This document shows, piece after piece, positions 20,277 through 30,530 of a DNA stretch of 52,547 nucleotides. Where the stretch lies: positions 1-52,547 of the forward strand of contig DKNB01000059.1 of the NCBI GenBank assembly GCA_002470125.1, written 5' to 3'. This DNA is from Gallionellales bacterium UBA7399 (GTDB lineage: Bacteria; Pseudomonadota; Gammaproteobacteria; Burkholderiales; Gallionellaceae). The first letter of the stretch is position 1. Each line of letters starts with the position of its first letter. The translations under genes and the position numbers were made by a program. The notes beneath the pieces were generated by a model. That model searched no databases. It was not told the DNA's origin and saw only the letters and a list, made by a program, of their open reading frames with translations.

Positions 20277-21152
20277 ATGATACGGCAGCCATTAGCTGGG
20301 CTAAATATCGCGGTGACCCGCCCGCGTGAGCAGGCGATGCAATTGGCGCAACGGATAGCGCAAGCCGGTGGGCGGGTCACTGTATTTCCTTTGCTAGAGA
20401 TTGGCCCAGCGGTTGACTTGCAGCCATTGCGCACGCTCATTGCCCGCCTGCACGAGTTTGACATTGCTATTTTTGTGAGCCCAAATGCGGTGAATTATGG
20501 CATGGAGGCCATTGTTTCTGCAGGCAAGCTCGGGTTGTTGGTTCAACCAAAATCTTTATTTACGGATAGGACGCAGACGAGAGAAGTGGATGCTTTATTA
20601 AATCACCATGGTCAACCACATGCGACTTTGAGGGTTGCAACGATAGGGCAGGGAGGCCTTCGCGCCCTCAGGGGGTATGGCATTGAGGATGTTATTGCGC
20701 CACAGGGTGACTCGGATAGTGAGGCGTTGCTAAGACTGTTGGAGTTGCAACCCATAGAGGGCTTGCGTGTGATTATTTTTCGTGGCAATGGTGGGCGTGA
20801 GTTTTTGGGTGAAACTTTGAGAGCTCGCGGAGCGAGTGTCGAATATGCCACATGCTATCAACGCAGCAGGTCGCAACAGAATGTTGCTACTTTGCTTGCT
20901 ACCAATCCGGATGTTGTTGTGGTGACAAGTAGTGAGGCGTTGGGCCACTTGGGGGACATGTTAGACGAGGCGTCTAAAAAGCGTTTTTTTGCTGCGACAT
21001 TGTTTGTTCCACATGCACGTATTGCCGAGACTGCATATAAATTAGGATGGGATCGGGTGGTGCTGACCAAGGAAGGGGATGACGGCCTTATGTCTGACTT
21101 ATTGGCGTGGACTACAAAAAATATTTCAAATAATTCTGGAATTAAATCATGA
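20277..21152 (+). CDS. hemD: Uroporphyrinogen-III synthase, with internal insertion
   Basis: AVTRPREQA, FVSPNAV, DSEALL, RGNGGRE, VTSSEAL; hemC-D-X-Y order. Confidence 0.93.
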   Translation: MIRQPLAGLNIAVTRPREQAMQLAQRIAQAGGRVTVFPLLEIGPAVDLQPLRTLIARLHEFDIAIFVSPNAVNYGMEAIVSAGKLGLLVQPKSLFTDRTQTREVDALLNHHGQPHATLRVATIGQGGLRALRGYGIEDVIAPQGDSDSEALLRLLELQPIEGLRVIIFRGNGGREFLGETLRARGASVEYATCYQRSRSQQNVATLLATNPDVVVVTSSEALGHLGDMLDEASKKRFFAATLFVPHARIAETAYKLGWDRVVLTKEGDDGLMSDLLAWTTKNISNNSGIKS

Positions 21153-22252
21153 GCGAACAGACGCTACCGCATAGTAAGGCTGACCCCGCCCCGCCAGAGA
21201 CCGTAGCAATACTCACACCAGCACACAGCTCGCTACATAGTAGGGTTGGGCGCGCCATCTCACGCATGAGTGCAATGCAGATGCTGCTGGTAGTGATGCT
21301 GGTGATATTTTTGTGGCAGTGGTTGGACACCCACCTTCAAATTGGTAGTACGCAGCAAGAGTTGGCGCGTCGCCTGACAGAGATGGATGGAAATAACAAG
21401 GCTAATAAAGTTTTGATGATGCAAGTGCAAGAGCTAACACGCGAACTATCGGTCAAAGTGGGCGTGCTAGAAGCACGCTCCGTAGAGGTGCAAAATCAGC
21501 GAGCTGCGCTAGAGTCTATGTACCACGATCTAGCCAGCAGTCGCGATGAAATGGTATTGGCTGAGGTGGAGCAGATGTTGTTGATTGCCGGGCAGCAATT
21601 GAAGCTTTCCGCTAATGTGAGAGCGGCATTAATTGCTATGCAGCAGGCCGATGATCGGCTTAAGCACATGAATCGTGCCGCTCTAGATGGTTTGCGTAAG
21701 GCAATTAATCGTGATATTGACAGGCTGCGCACATTGCCAGATGTGAACATCCCTAATATTAGCTCCCGCCTTGATGACCTTGTCGCTGCAGTTGACATGC
21801 TGCCATTATTGCAGGATGTCACTCAAGCCTCGCAGGAGGTGGGCGTGACTCCGCCTGCAAATCCACCCGAAAACGGCGCGTTGCGAAAGCTGGTTCGCGA
21901 GATATGGGGGGACATGAAGCAATTGGTGCGTATTGAAAATACCCAAAAAGGCGAACTACCGTTGCTGTTGCCTGAGCAGGCCTTCTTCTTACGTGAAAAT
22001 CTAAAGTTACGTTTGCTGTCTGCGCGTCTTGCTTTGTTGTCGCATGATGAAAGTGGATTTAGGCGTGATCTGCAGTCAGTCCAAAAATGGATGACACGCT
22101 ATTTTGATGTTGGGTCGGCTAGGGGCTTGCAGGCTGTAAAAATCTTGCAGAAATTAAGAGAATCTAGCATAAGCATTGAGCTGCCAGATGTGAGTGAAAG
22201 CCTGGAGGCTGCACGTAACTATCGACTGGCTCTTGGTACGAGATCACGATGA
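21149..22252 (+). CDS. hemX: HemX-family membrane protein
   Basis: N-terminal TM helix, coiled coil, FLRENLKLRLLSARLALL; position in operon. Confidence 0.88.
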   Translation: MSEQTLPHSKADPAPPETVAILTPAHSSLHSRVGRAISRMSAMQMLLVVMLVIFLWQWLDTHLQIGSTQQELARRLTEMDGNNKANKVLMMQVQELTRELSVKVGVLEARSVEVQNQRAALESMYHDLASSRDEMVLAEVEQMLLIAGQQLKLSANVRAALIAMQQADDRLKHMNRAALDGLRKAINRDIDRLRTLPDVNIPNISSRLDDLVAAVDMLPLLQDVTQASQEVGVTPPANPPENGALRKLVREIWGDMKQLVRIENTQKGELPLLLPEQAFFLRENLKLRLLSARLALLSHDESGFRRDLQSVQKWMTRYFDVGSARGLQAVKILQKLRESSISIELPDVSESLEAARNYRLALGTRSR

Positions 22253-23421
22253 AGTTTATGGCTTGGTTTTTGGGGTTGTTCTCCTTGGCCGTAGCGCTGA
22301 GTCTGGCAGCTCATAATCCTGGCTATGTTCAACTGGTGTACCCGCCTTATCGTCTTGAGATGTCGTTCACCTTTTTTGTGTTAACGGCACTTGCCCTGTT
22401 CGTGCTGGGCTATTTTTTTGTGCGTTTACTGTTGTCTGTTGCTCGTCTTCCTGAGTACGTTCGTCAGTTCCGCGTTGAGCGAGCTCATAGCCAAGGACGC
22501 CTGGCTATGGCGGAAGCGTTGGGTGCGTTTTTTTCAGGATATTATGCGCTAGCGGAACGAGCGGCAGTACGGGCAATCAAGCTAGGCGAGGATCGTGACC
22601 TAAGTCGCGTTGTTGCAGCACGTTCGGCACATCAGTTACGTGCATTTGATAGGCGAGATAAGTACTTAATCGTAGGCCATGACGAACCAGATGGTTTTGC
22701 AACCATGCGTTTGATGGCGCAAGCCGAGTTTAGTATTGACCAACACTGGCCACAGGCCGCGCTTCAGTCTCTAAATGAATTACGCGAAGCTGGTATAAAA
22801 TCGCATGTCAGCACACTTCGTCTTGAGCTTAAAGCGCAGCAACAGGCACACAATTTAGATGCGGTACTCAAACTTGTCGATCAATTAGAAGGGCGTGGTG
22901 GAATAGATGCTGCTGTTGCCATGCAGTTACGTCAGAAGGCGTGGTTGGAAAAAATTAGTGTGCCCATGCTGGATGTTGCGACGCTACGGGTTGTATGGAC
23001 CAGCGCCCCTGATGAATTTAAAAAATTGCCTAAGGTCAGAATTGCTGCCGTGCGTGCCTTTATTAACCATGGCGATCTTCATGGCGCCCAGAAGATTATA
23101 AAAGATGGCTTGGACGCAGATTGGGACGATGATCTCGCAGCTCTGTATGGAGAGTGTCTGACAGAAAAGGTGAGGGATCAAATTGAGCAAGCAGAGCGCT
23201 GGCTTAAGTTGCATCCAGATAACGCCGGATTACTTTTGATGCTGGGGAAGCTGTGCTTGCATCAAGGGTTATGGAACAAAGCGCAAAACTATCTGGATGC
23301 CAGTAACGGTATCGCACCCAGCAGTGCTGCGTATGTTGCGCTTGGTCATTTGGCTGAGAAATTACAACAACCAAATGAGGCACTTGGATATTTTCAAAAA
23401 GCGGTGGCGCAGGATGGGTGA
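22249..23421 (+). CDS. hemY: HemY-family TPR membrane protein
   Basis: Two N-terminal TM helices with NPGYV, TPR-like C-terminus; follows hemX. Confidence 0.88.
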   Translation: MKFMAWFLGLFSLAVALSLAAHNPGYVQLVYPPYRLEMSFTFFVLTALALFVLGYFFVRLLLSVARLPEYVRQFRVERAHSQGRLAMAEALGAFFSGYYALAERAAVRAIKLGEDRDLSRVVAARSAHQLRAFDRRDKYLIVGHDEPDGFATMRLMAQAEFSIDQHWPQAALQSLNELREAGIKSHVSTLRLELKAQQQAHNLDAVLKLVDQLEGRGGIDAAVAMQLRQKAWLEKISVPMLDVATLRVVWTSAPDEFKKLPKVRIAAVRAFINHGDLHGAQKIIKDGLDADWDDDLAALYGECLTEKVRDQIEQAERWLKLHPDNAGLLLMLGKLCLHQGLWNKAQNYLDASNGIAPSSAAYVALGHLAEKLQQPNEALGYFQKAVAQDG

Positions 23422-23540
23422 TTGCTGGTTAACCATTAATCGAATGTCTCGTGGCCTGTCGCACGCAAATGCGATTAACTTGAGGCGTGTTGTATCGAGG
23501 TGCGGGGTGCAGGATGGCCTGGGGTAGGGTGGATGTTGGA

Positions 23541-23575
23541 CTGCATTATCGGTGAGGGCAAGTTATACTGCGCGC
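23541..23575 (+). promoter_or_regulatory. Sigma70 promoter for tRNA-Arg
   Basis: CTGCAT-17 bp-TATACT followed by GC-rich discriminator GCGCGC. Confidence 0.55.
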
Positions 23576-23582
23576 TACTAAA

Positions 23583-23659
23583 GCGCCCGTAGCTCATTTG
23601 GATAGAGTATTGGTTTCCGAAGCCAAGGGTAGTGGGTTCGAATCCCGCCGGGCGCACCA
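23583..23659 (+). tRNA. tRNA-Arg(CCG)
   Basis: Cloverleaf: acceptor GCGCCCG/CGGGCGC, anticodon arm TTGGT-TTCCGAA-GCCAA, TTCGAAT loop, encoded CCA. Confidence 0.95.
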
Positions 23660-23842
23660 ATCAAAACAAAGTGATGTTTGTTGCCCCCGATGTCGCGCTG
23701 CCTTATTGGACCCAAGGACGAAGACAAAGCTCTTGCGTTTGCCCCGTTTGTTCCGTGGCCGCGGTGTTGATGGGGTAACTTATGGCCAAGGGGCTCCTGG
23801 TGTGTCAAGACCAAGCTTCTTTTATGTAGGCGGGGGGGCGAA

Positions 23843-24916
23843 TTGATTTTAGTGACGGGCGGTGCTGGTTTTATTGGATCAAATTTTGTGCTGTCCTGGC
23901 TGGCGCAGTTTGATGAACCGATTATCAATCTTGATGCACTGACTTATGCGGGAAATCTTGAAAACGTCGCCTCCTTGGTTGGGGACAGGCGGCATATTTT
24001 TGTGCGGGGGGGCATTGGCGACTCCTGTTTGGTTGCTGGCTTGCTCGACAAATATCGTCCTCGCGCTATTCTCAATCTGGCTGCTGAGAGTCACGTTGAT
24101 CGATCCATTAGCGGTCCAGAAGACTTTATTCAAACAAATATCGTTGGAGTGTTTCGCCTGCTTGAAGAGGCGCGTATATACTGGACTGGCTTGACTGGCC
24201 CCGAAAAAGAAAATTTTCGTTTCTTGCATGTCTCTACCGACGAGGTTTATGGCTCGCTGGGTCTGCACGATGCTGCGTTTAAGGAGGTCAATCGTATTGA
24301 ACCAAACAGCCCCTACTCTGCAAGCAAGGCTGCCAGTGATCATCTGGTGCGAGCCTATCACCATACCTATGGCCTGCCGGTGCTAACCACAAATTGTTCC
24401 AATAATTACGGTCCATTTCATTTTCCAGAGAAGCTTATTCCGCTAACAATTGTCAAAGCCCTTGCGGGCGAGGGTTTGCCTGTGTACGGTGACGGGCGTC
24501 AAGTCCGTGACTGGCTTTATGTGCAAGATCACTGTGCTGCGATTTGCTGTGTTCTGAGCAAGGGGAGGCCGGGTGAGGTGTACAACATTGGCGGCTGGAA
24601 TGAAAAAACTAATTTAGACACTGTGTATGCAGTATGTGACCTGCTTGATGAGCTGTATCCACGTAAAGATCTCATATCGTATCGCAAGCAAATTACTTTT
24701 GTTGCCGACCGACCCGGTCACGATCGGCGTTACGCGGTCGATGCCAGTAAGGTTGGGTGTGAGTTGGGCTGGAAGCCAGTTGAATCTTTTGAGACGGGGA
24801 TTCGAAAGACCGTTCAATGGTATCTGCAAAACCAGGATTGGGTGGCTAGCGTTCAGTCAGGCGCCTACCGTGAATGGATGGAAAAAAATTATACAGACCG
24901 TGCCAAGTCAGAATGA
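23843..24916 (+). CDS. rfbB: dTDP-glucose 4,6-dehydratase
   Basis: TGGAGFIG, AAESHVDRS, STDEVYG, YSASK; TTG start. Confidence 0.97.
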   Translation: MILVTGGAGFIGSNFVLSWLAQFDEPIINLDALTYAGNLENVASLVGDRRHIFVRGGIGDSCLVAGLLDKYRPRAILNLAAESHVDRSISGPEDFIQTNIVGVFRLLEEARIYWTGLTGPEKENFRFLHVSTDEVYGSLGLHDAAFKEVNRIEPNSPYSASKAASDHLVRAYHHTYGLPVLTTNCSNNYGPFHFPEKLIPLTIVKALAGEGLPVYGDGRQVRDWLYVQDHCAAICCVLSKGRPGEVYNIGGWNEKTNLDTVYAVCDLLDELYPRKDLISYRKQITFVADRPGHDRRYAVDASKVGCELGWKPVESFETGIRKTVQWYLQNQDWVASVQSGAYREWMEKNYTDRAKSE

Positions 24917-25824
24917 AAATTCTTCTGTTTGGAAAGGATGGGCAGGTAGGTTGGGAGTTGCAGCGTAGTCTGGCGCCACTAGGCGAAGTTATTGCACCAA
25001 GCCGAAATGATCAGGGGCTGTGTGGCAACCTCGCTGATTTGGGTGGTCTAGCGAAAACAATTTGCAAGGTGTCGCCAGATGTCATTGTGAATGCGGCAGC
25101 TTATACAGCCGTAGACAAGGCTGAGAGTGAGCCAGAACTTGCTCGAGTCATTAATGCCATGGCTCCTGGCGTCTTGGCTCAAGAAGCCAAGCGGAGTGGC
25201 GCCCTGCTCGTTCATTACTCCACTGATTATGTGTTTAATGGTGGCGGAACTGTACCGTGGCTTGAGACTGATCCCGCGTTTCCATTGAATATTTATGGAA
25301 CAACTAAGCTGGAGGGAGAGAGAGCTATTTGCACAACGAACTGCCAGCATCTTATTTTTCGTACTAGCTGGGTTTACGCAGCCCGTGGCAACAACTTTGT
25401 TAAGGCTATATTACGGTTGGCTCAAGAGCAAGAGAGTCTTGCTGTTGTCAGTGATCAGGTTGGAGCTCCTACCGGCGCCGATCTGCTCGCAGATATAACT
25501 GCCCACACTATTGGTTCAGTGTTGCAACGCCCAGAGATGGCTGGCCTTTATCATCTTGCAGCCAGCGGTTATACTTCTTTTCATGAGTACGCCAGCTTTA
25601 TCCTCGATTTTGCTCAACGTGCCAATCTTCCCCTGAGGGTTGCGTCGGATGCTATTCGAAAAATTTCCACTAGCGCATTTCCCACGGTAGCAAAGCGCCC
25701 ATGTAATTCACGCTTGGGAACAAAAAAATTACAGAGTACCTTCGGGCTACATCTGCCTGACTGGAGAGCGGGTGTGACTAGAGTGCTAACAGAAATTCTG
25801 GATACAGACTATGATAAATCGTAA
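24913..25824 (+). CDS. rfbD: dTDP-4-dehydrorhamnose reductase
   Basis: [27 protein letters not shown]; ATG overlaps rfbB stop. Confidence 0.96.
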   Translation: MKILLFGKDGQVGWELQRSLAPLGEVIAPSRNDQGLCGNLADLGGLAKTICKVSPDVIVNAAAYTAVDKAESEPELARVINAMAPGVLAQEAKRSGALLVHYSTDYVFNGGGTVPWLETDPAFPLNIYGTTKLEGERAICTTNCQHLIFRTSWVYAARGNNFVKAILRLAQEQESLAVVSDQVGAPTGADLLADITAHTIGSVLQRPEMAGLYHLAASGYTSFHEYASFILDFAQRANLPLRVASDAIRKISTSAFPTVAKRPCNSRLGTKKLQSTFGLHLPDWRAGVTRVLTEILDTDYDKS

Positions 25825-26701
25825 AGGTGTTGTGTTAGCGGGGGGTTCCGGTACTCGTCTGCACCCCGTCACATTGGCGCTCTCCAAGCAGTTGCTGCCG
25901 GTGTATGATAAGCCGATGATCTACTACTCCCTGTCTACGCTTATGCTGGCGGGCATACGTGATATCTTGATTATATCCACCCCACAGGATACGCCACGCT
26001 TTGAGCAGCTGCTGGGCGACGGCAGCATGTGGGGTATAAAGCTGAAGTATGCAGTACAGGCAAGCCCAGAGGGCTTGGCTCAGGCGTTTGTTATCGGACG
26101 CGATTTTATCGGCGATCATACTTCAGCACTGGTGTTGGGCGACAATATTTTTTATGGCCATGCTTTTGGTGATCAATTGAAAAAAGTTGGACAGCGTAAC
26201 GTGGGTGCGTCAGTTTTTGCCTATCGTGTGCGTGATCCAGAGCGTTACGGCGTGCTGGAATTTGATGCCAACAACAAGGTTGTTTCAATCGAAGAAAAAC
26301 CATCAAAACCAAAATCTAATTATGCCGTCACAGGCCTTTATTTTTATGATAATCAGGTCGTCGATATAGCCGCAACCCTAAGGCCTTCTGCTCGGGGTGA
26401 GCTAGAGATTACTGATCTGAATCGCATTTACCTTGAGCGCGGACAGCTTAATGTTGAAGTTATGAGTAGGGGCCACGCTTGGTTGGATACTGGCACGCAC
26501 GAGTCACTATTAGAGGCGAGTCAATTTATTCACACTATCGAGCATCGTCAAGGACTGAAGATTGCATGTCCGGAAGAAATCGCTTTTCGCGAAGGATTTA
26601 TTGACGCGGCGCAACTTAAAAAACTTGCGGCTCCATTGCAAAAAAGTGGCTACGGTGACTACCTGATGCAGGTACTTAGAGAGCGGGAGGCATTCGAGTG
26701 A
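25811..26701 (+). CDS. rfbA: Glucose-1-phosphate thymidylyltransferase
   Basis: [34 protein letters not shown]. Confidence 0.97.
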   Translation: MINRKGVVLAGGSGTRLHPVTLALSKQLLPVYDKPMIYYSLSTLMLAGIRDILIISTPQDTPRFEQLLGDGSMWGIKLKYAVQASPEGLAQAFVIGRDFIGDHTSALVLGDNIFYGHAFGDQLKKVGQRNVGASVFAYRVRDPERYGVLEFDANNKVVSIEEKPSKPKSNYAVTGLYFYDNQVVDIAATLRPSARGELEITDLNRIYLERGQLNVEVMSRGHAWLDTGTHESLLEASQFIHTIEHRQGLKIACPEEIAFREGFIDAAQLKKLAAPLQKSGYGDYLMQVLREREAFE

Positions 26702-27243
26702 GGGTGAGTCAGACTGATATTGCTGATTTGCTGATTTTTGAGCCTAAAGTGCTGAGCGATGAGCGTGGATTTTTTTTTGAAAGTTATAATCGTCGACAGT
26801 TTTTCAATCTAACCGGGCGTGATATTGAATTTGTTCAAGACAATCGCTCCCAATCTGTAAAAAATGTATTACGCGGATTGCATTATCAAATTCAACATCC
26901 ACAAGGGAAGCTGGTGTGTGTGGTGCAGGGCGCCGTGTTTGATGTGGCCGTTGATGTGCGCCGTAGTTCGCCGACCTTTGGGCGACACTTTACACTTGAA
27001 CTTTCTGCCGAAAATAAGCGTGCGCTGTGGGTTCCAGAGGGTTTTGCACATGGCTTTTTGGTTCTTTCGGACACCGCTGAACTGCATTACAAGACAACTG
27101 ACTATTGGGCACCAGAATTTGAGCGTAGCATTATCTGGAACGATCCTGTTATTGACATTCAATGGCCAATCCAGGGTGACCCCATCATATCCACAAAGGA
27201 CCAGAAGGCTGAGCCATGGGCACGCGCAGAGTATTTTGTATGA
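26698..27243 (+). CDS. rfbC: dTDP-4-dehydrorhamnose 3,5-epimerase
   Basis: [26 protein letters not shown]; GTG start. Confidence 0.96.
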   Translation: MRVSQTDIADLLIFEPKVLSDERGFFFESYNRRQFFNLTGRDIEFVQDNRSQSVKNVLRGLHYQIQHPQGKLVCVVQGAVFDVAVDVRRSSPTFGRHFTLELSAENKRALWVPEGFAHGFLVLSDTAELHYKTTDYWAPEFERSIIWNDPVIDIQWPIQGDPIISTKDQKAEPWARAEYFV

Positions 27244-27368
27244 CGGGCGCCGGCTGTCAAATTTTGGTTGGGACTTACTTAAAAGTCGTTAACGTAAGCG
27301 CCAACCTGGCATAAAGCTATCAAAGCTGATATCGCTGTGGCCATTGGCCATATACGACCATGTTGATT

Positions 27369-28529
27369 CTATCCATTGGCCCCAAACATCATACGCTTCG
27401 CCATAAATTTCTTGGCGCCTGGGAAGCAGTCTAATGCCGAAAGTGCGGCCGCACGTCCAATTTTTAGGGGTGAAAACTCATTGGAAAAAAGACGAACCAG
27501 GCCATCGGTGAACCCAATACCGGCGTGGCGATCGATCTGGCGTTGCTTGCGATAATTGGCAAGCGTGGCGTCTGAACCGAGAGTGCCTGTGGCGCACCCA
27601 ATGCTCCCCTGGGCTAGCTCCCATGCATCGCGTAGCCCCATGTTAAAGCCTTGCCCAGCTACGGGATGCAGGGTTTGTGCGGCGTTACCGATGAGTACGG
27701 TATGCGAAAGCGTGGTGCTAACCGCGCGCTTGAGTTGAAGGGGAAAGCAAGCGCGCCTCCCGACGGTTAAGAACTTGCCTACTCGATCTCCAAAATGTTG
27801 GTGCAATTTGGCTAGAAAGGTGTCGTCGTCCCAGTGCAATACTTCTTGAGAAAGTTCATGTGCCACTGTCCACACCAATTCGTAGCCACCCCTAAACGGT
27901 AGCAGCGCTAATGGGCCTTGCGTAGTAAAACGCTCGAATGCTATGTCTGATTGGTGATGGGTACAGGTAACATGTGCAATGACTGCACTTTGACCATAAT
28001 CGCTCACTTTTGGCGGATGAGCGATTTCTAGCAGCCTTCCTCCGTCAGCGACTACAGCCAATTGAGCCTCAAGCTGGCGCTCATGACCGGCGTGCCGGTA
28101 GGTAACGCGCGCTTCAGTTGGATTGCTCTGCAGGCTTGTAACGGCGGCATCGGTGAGGTGGGTTAGCTCATCCGCTCTTAGTAGGGCGTCTTGCATCGTG
28201 CCTTGTAATGTTGCGTACGGCAGCACATAGCCCAGCTCTGGTATGTCAAGATCCTTGGCCTGCAATAGGGTGCGCCCGAAAGAATTTTTTTGTGAGACGT
28301 GAATTGTCTTGATTGGTGAAACTTGTGAGAGGTCCTTCCATACCCCAAGCCTGTCCAGCAACTGACGGCTCCCGTAAGACAATGCTAGGGCACGTGGATC
28401 GACGGTTGCAGACTTTGTTGTTCCAGCTTCCAGGATGACGACATGCAGACCGCTGTCGCGCAGCGCAAGTGCAAATGCGATACCCACTGGGCCACCTCCA
28501 ACCACCGCGATGTCACAATGGCTACTCAT
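27369..28529 (-). CDS. ubiH: UbiH/UbiF-family FAD-dependent ubiquinone-pathway hydroxylase
   Basis: VVGGGPVG, ADG, GNAAQTLHPVAGQGFNMGLRD; follows pepP. Confidence 0.85.
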   Translation of the reverse strand: MSSHCDIAVVGGGPVGIAFALALRDSGLHVVILEAGTTKSATVDPRALALSYGSRQLLDRLGVWKDLSQVSPIKTIHVSQKNSFGRTLLQAKDLDIPELGYVLPYATLQGTMQDALLRADELTHLTDAAVTSLQSNPTEARVTYRHAGHERQLEAQLAVVADGGRLLEIAHPPKVSDYGQSAVIAHVTCTHHQSDIAFERFTTQGPLALLPFRGGYELVWTVAHELSQEVLHWDDDTFLAKLHQHFGDRVGKFLTVGRRACFPLQLKRAVSTTLSHTVLIGNAAQTLHPVAGQGFNMGLRDAWELAQGSIGCATGTLGSDATLANYRKQRQIDRHAGIGFTDGLVRLFSNEFSPLKIGRAAALSALDCFPGAKKFMAKRMMFGANG

Positions 28530-29830
28530 GGCTGTCGCATCAGCTCTTCGATGGCCACTATCGTTTTTGGCGCAGCCTCGGTTAGCACCTCACAGCCTTG
28601 GCTCGTGATAACCACATCATCCTCGATGCGAATGCCGATGTCCCAGAATGCTTGCGGTACATCAGCTGCTGGGCGTATATAACAACCTGGCTCAATGGTA
28701 AGCGCCATTCCTGGTTGCAGCATTCGCCAATCACCACCTAGTTTGTACGTGCCGACGTCGTGCACATCCATCCCCAGCCAGTGGCCTGTTCGGTGCATAT
28801 AGAAGCGCTTGTAGCTACCGCTCTCCAGAACAGCATCTACACTGCCATTGCATAGCTTGTAATCAATAAAGCCTTGCGCCAGTACGCGCAAGGCAGCTTC
28901 GTGTGGTTCGTTCCAATGAGAGCCAGGATGGGCGGCCAAAATGGCAGCGGTCTGCGCGCTCAATACCAACTCGTAGATATCTTTCTGTGCTGCACTGAAG
29001 TGACCATTTATCGGAAAGGTGCGGGTGATATCTGCAGCATAACCGTCAATTTCGCAGGCGGCATCTATTAGTAACAGCTCGCCATCTCGTAGCTGCACGT
29101 TGTTAGCGGTGTAGTGCAGTACACAGGCGTTGACTCCGCCTGCAACTATTGGGGTATAGGCGGGTGCCTGCGCACCATTTTTTCTAAACTCGTGTAACAG
29201 CTCCGCTTCAATTTCGTATTCCATCTTACCGGGGTGGGTAGCAAGCATGGCGCGGATATGTGCGGTAGCGGAGATGGTCGCAGCACGTCGCATAATGGAC
29301 AGCTCGACCTCATCTTTTATTAAGCGCATCTCATTGAGTAGCGTGCGCACATCGTGTATCGCATTTGGCGCAGCCATACCACTACGCACCTGCTCCTGTA
29401 ATCGTGCGCGCAGCCTAATGATGCGCACATCCCACGAGGCGTCGGCACCCAGTGGATAAAATAATGCGGGCTGATCACCCGCTAACTCGAGGAGCTTGTC
29501 GTCTAGCTGTGCTATCGGAAATGCTGCATCGAAACCATATATTTCTTTCGCACCCTCGGGCCCATGACGGAGGCCATCCCATGTCTCGCGCTCCAGATCT
29601 TTCGGGCGACAGAACAGAATGGACTGCGGAGTGACACCAGCAATCAACACGAGCACAGCATCTGGTTCGTCAAAGCCGGTTAGGTAATAAAAGTGGCTAT
29701 TAAAACGATAGGGATAGTGCGCGTCTCCGTTTCGTAAAGCCTCTGGCGCTGTCGGAACAACAACAACACCACGCTGCACCTGATTGATGAGATGGTTGCG
29801 ACGATTTGCATAAAGAGAAGCATTAAACAT
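28526..29830 (-). CDS. pepP: Xaa-Pro aminopeptidase
   Basis: DAACEIDGYAADITRT, HRTGHWLGMDVHD, TIEPG, IRIEDD. Confidence 0.96.
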   Translation of the reverse strand: MFNASLYANRRNHLINQVQRGVVVVPTAPEALRNGDAHYPYRFNSHFYYLTGFDEPDAVLVLIAGVTPQSILFCRPKDLERETWDGLRHGPEGAKEIYGFDAAFPIAQLDDKLLELAGDQPALFYPLGADASWDVRIIRLRARLQEQVRSGMAAPNAIHDVRTLLNEMRLIKDEVELSIMRRAATISATAHIRAMLATHPGKMEYEIEAELLHEFRKNGAQAPAYTPIVAGGVNACVLHYTANNVQLRDGELLLIDAACEIDGYAADITRTFPINGHFSAAQKDIYELVLSAQTAAILAAHPGSHWNEPHEAALRVLAQGFIDYKLCNGSVDAVLESGSYKRFYMHRTGHWLGMDVHDVGTYKLGGDWRMLQPGMALTIEPGCYIRPAADVPQAFWDIGIRIEDDVVITSQGCEVLTEAAPKTIVAIEELMRQP

Positions 29831-30521
29831 GGTTGATATTGTGCGACGAACTTAATGCATTGTCGAGACTTTCGAGGCGTTGCGGCGTCCCTACGTCTAT
29901 CCAGCGGCCCAAGTGGTGTTCGCCACGCACTCTGCCTAGGTCAATTTGGGCGCGCAACAGTGGGGCGAGTGATGCCTTTGCGCCACGAGGAATATTTGAG
30001 AACAAGGCGGGCTGATAAACGCCTATCCCGCTGAAGGTGAGCGTCGGAGTGCCATTCACTACCCTGCCATTAACCAAACAGAAGTCACCATTTGGGTGGT
30101 GCGCAGGGTTGTTGATTAATACCAAATGTGCAGTGTCCGCGCTTCTGTTGAGAGCGTCCGCGCACTCTGGTAGTCGAGCAAAGTCATAATCGCAAAAGAT
30201 GTCACTATTCACAACAGCAAAGGGCTCGCCACCCAGTAATGAGAGTGCGTTTGCGATACCACCGGCTGTTTCAAGCGCGACACCCTCTGCTGAGTAATGG
30301 ATGTGCACACCAAACTGACTGCCGTCCCCTAGTGCCGCCTCTATCTTGTTGCCAAGGTGGGCGTGGTTAATCACTAGGTCACAAATGCCAGCCCGTGCCA
30401 TATTTTTGATGTGTCGCACGATAAGCGGCACTCCGCCAATTTGCAACAAAGGTTTGGGTGTGTGATCCGTAAGGGGGCGCATGCGCTCGCCCCGTCCAGC
30501 AGACAGTAGCATGGCCTTCAA
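29823..30521 (-). CDS. murU: N-acetylmuramate-1-phosphate uridylyltransferase
   Basis: AGRGERMRPLT..PKPL, LETAGGI, WIDVGTP; follows amgK. Confidence 0.9.
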   Translation of the reverse strand: MKAMLLSAGRGERMRPLTDHTPKPLLQIGGVPLIVRHIKNMARAGICDLVINHAHLGNKIEAALGDGSQFGVHIHYSAEGVALETAGGIANALSLLGGEPFAVVNSDIFCDYDFARLPECADALNRSADTAHLVLINNPAHHPNGDFCLVNGRVVNGTPTLTFSGIGVYQPALFSNIPRGAKASLAPLLRAQIDLGRVRGEHHLGRWIDVGTPQRLESLDNALSSSHNINHV

Positions 30522-30530
30522 TGGCCCACC

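Noticed and set aside
23502-23533. G-quadruplex upstream of tRNA-Arg
   Set aside because: Only three runs of three or more G; consistent with the general G-richness of this strand.
23660-23842. JUMPstart/ops element before rfbB
   Set aside because: No GGCGGTAG core; GGCGGGGGGGCG just before the start is more likely the ribosome-binding region.
27244-27250. attR copy of the tRNA-Arg 3' end (CGGGCGC) right after rfbC
   Set aside because: Only 7 bp, expected by chance, and no integrase nearby.
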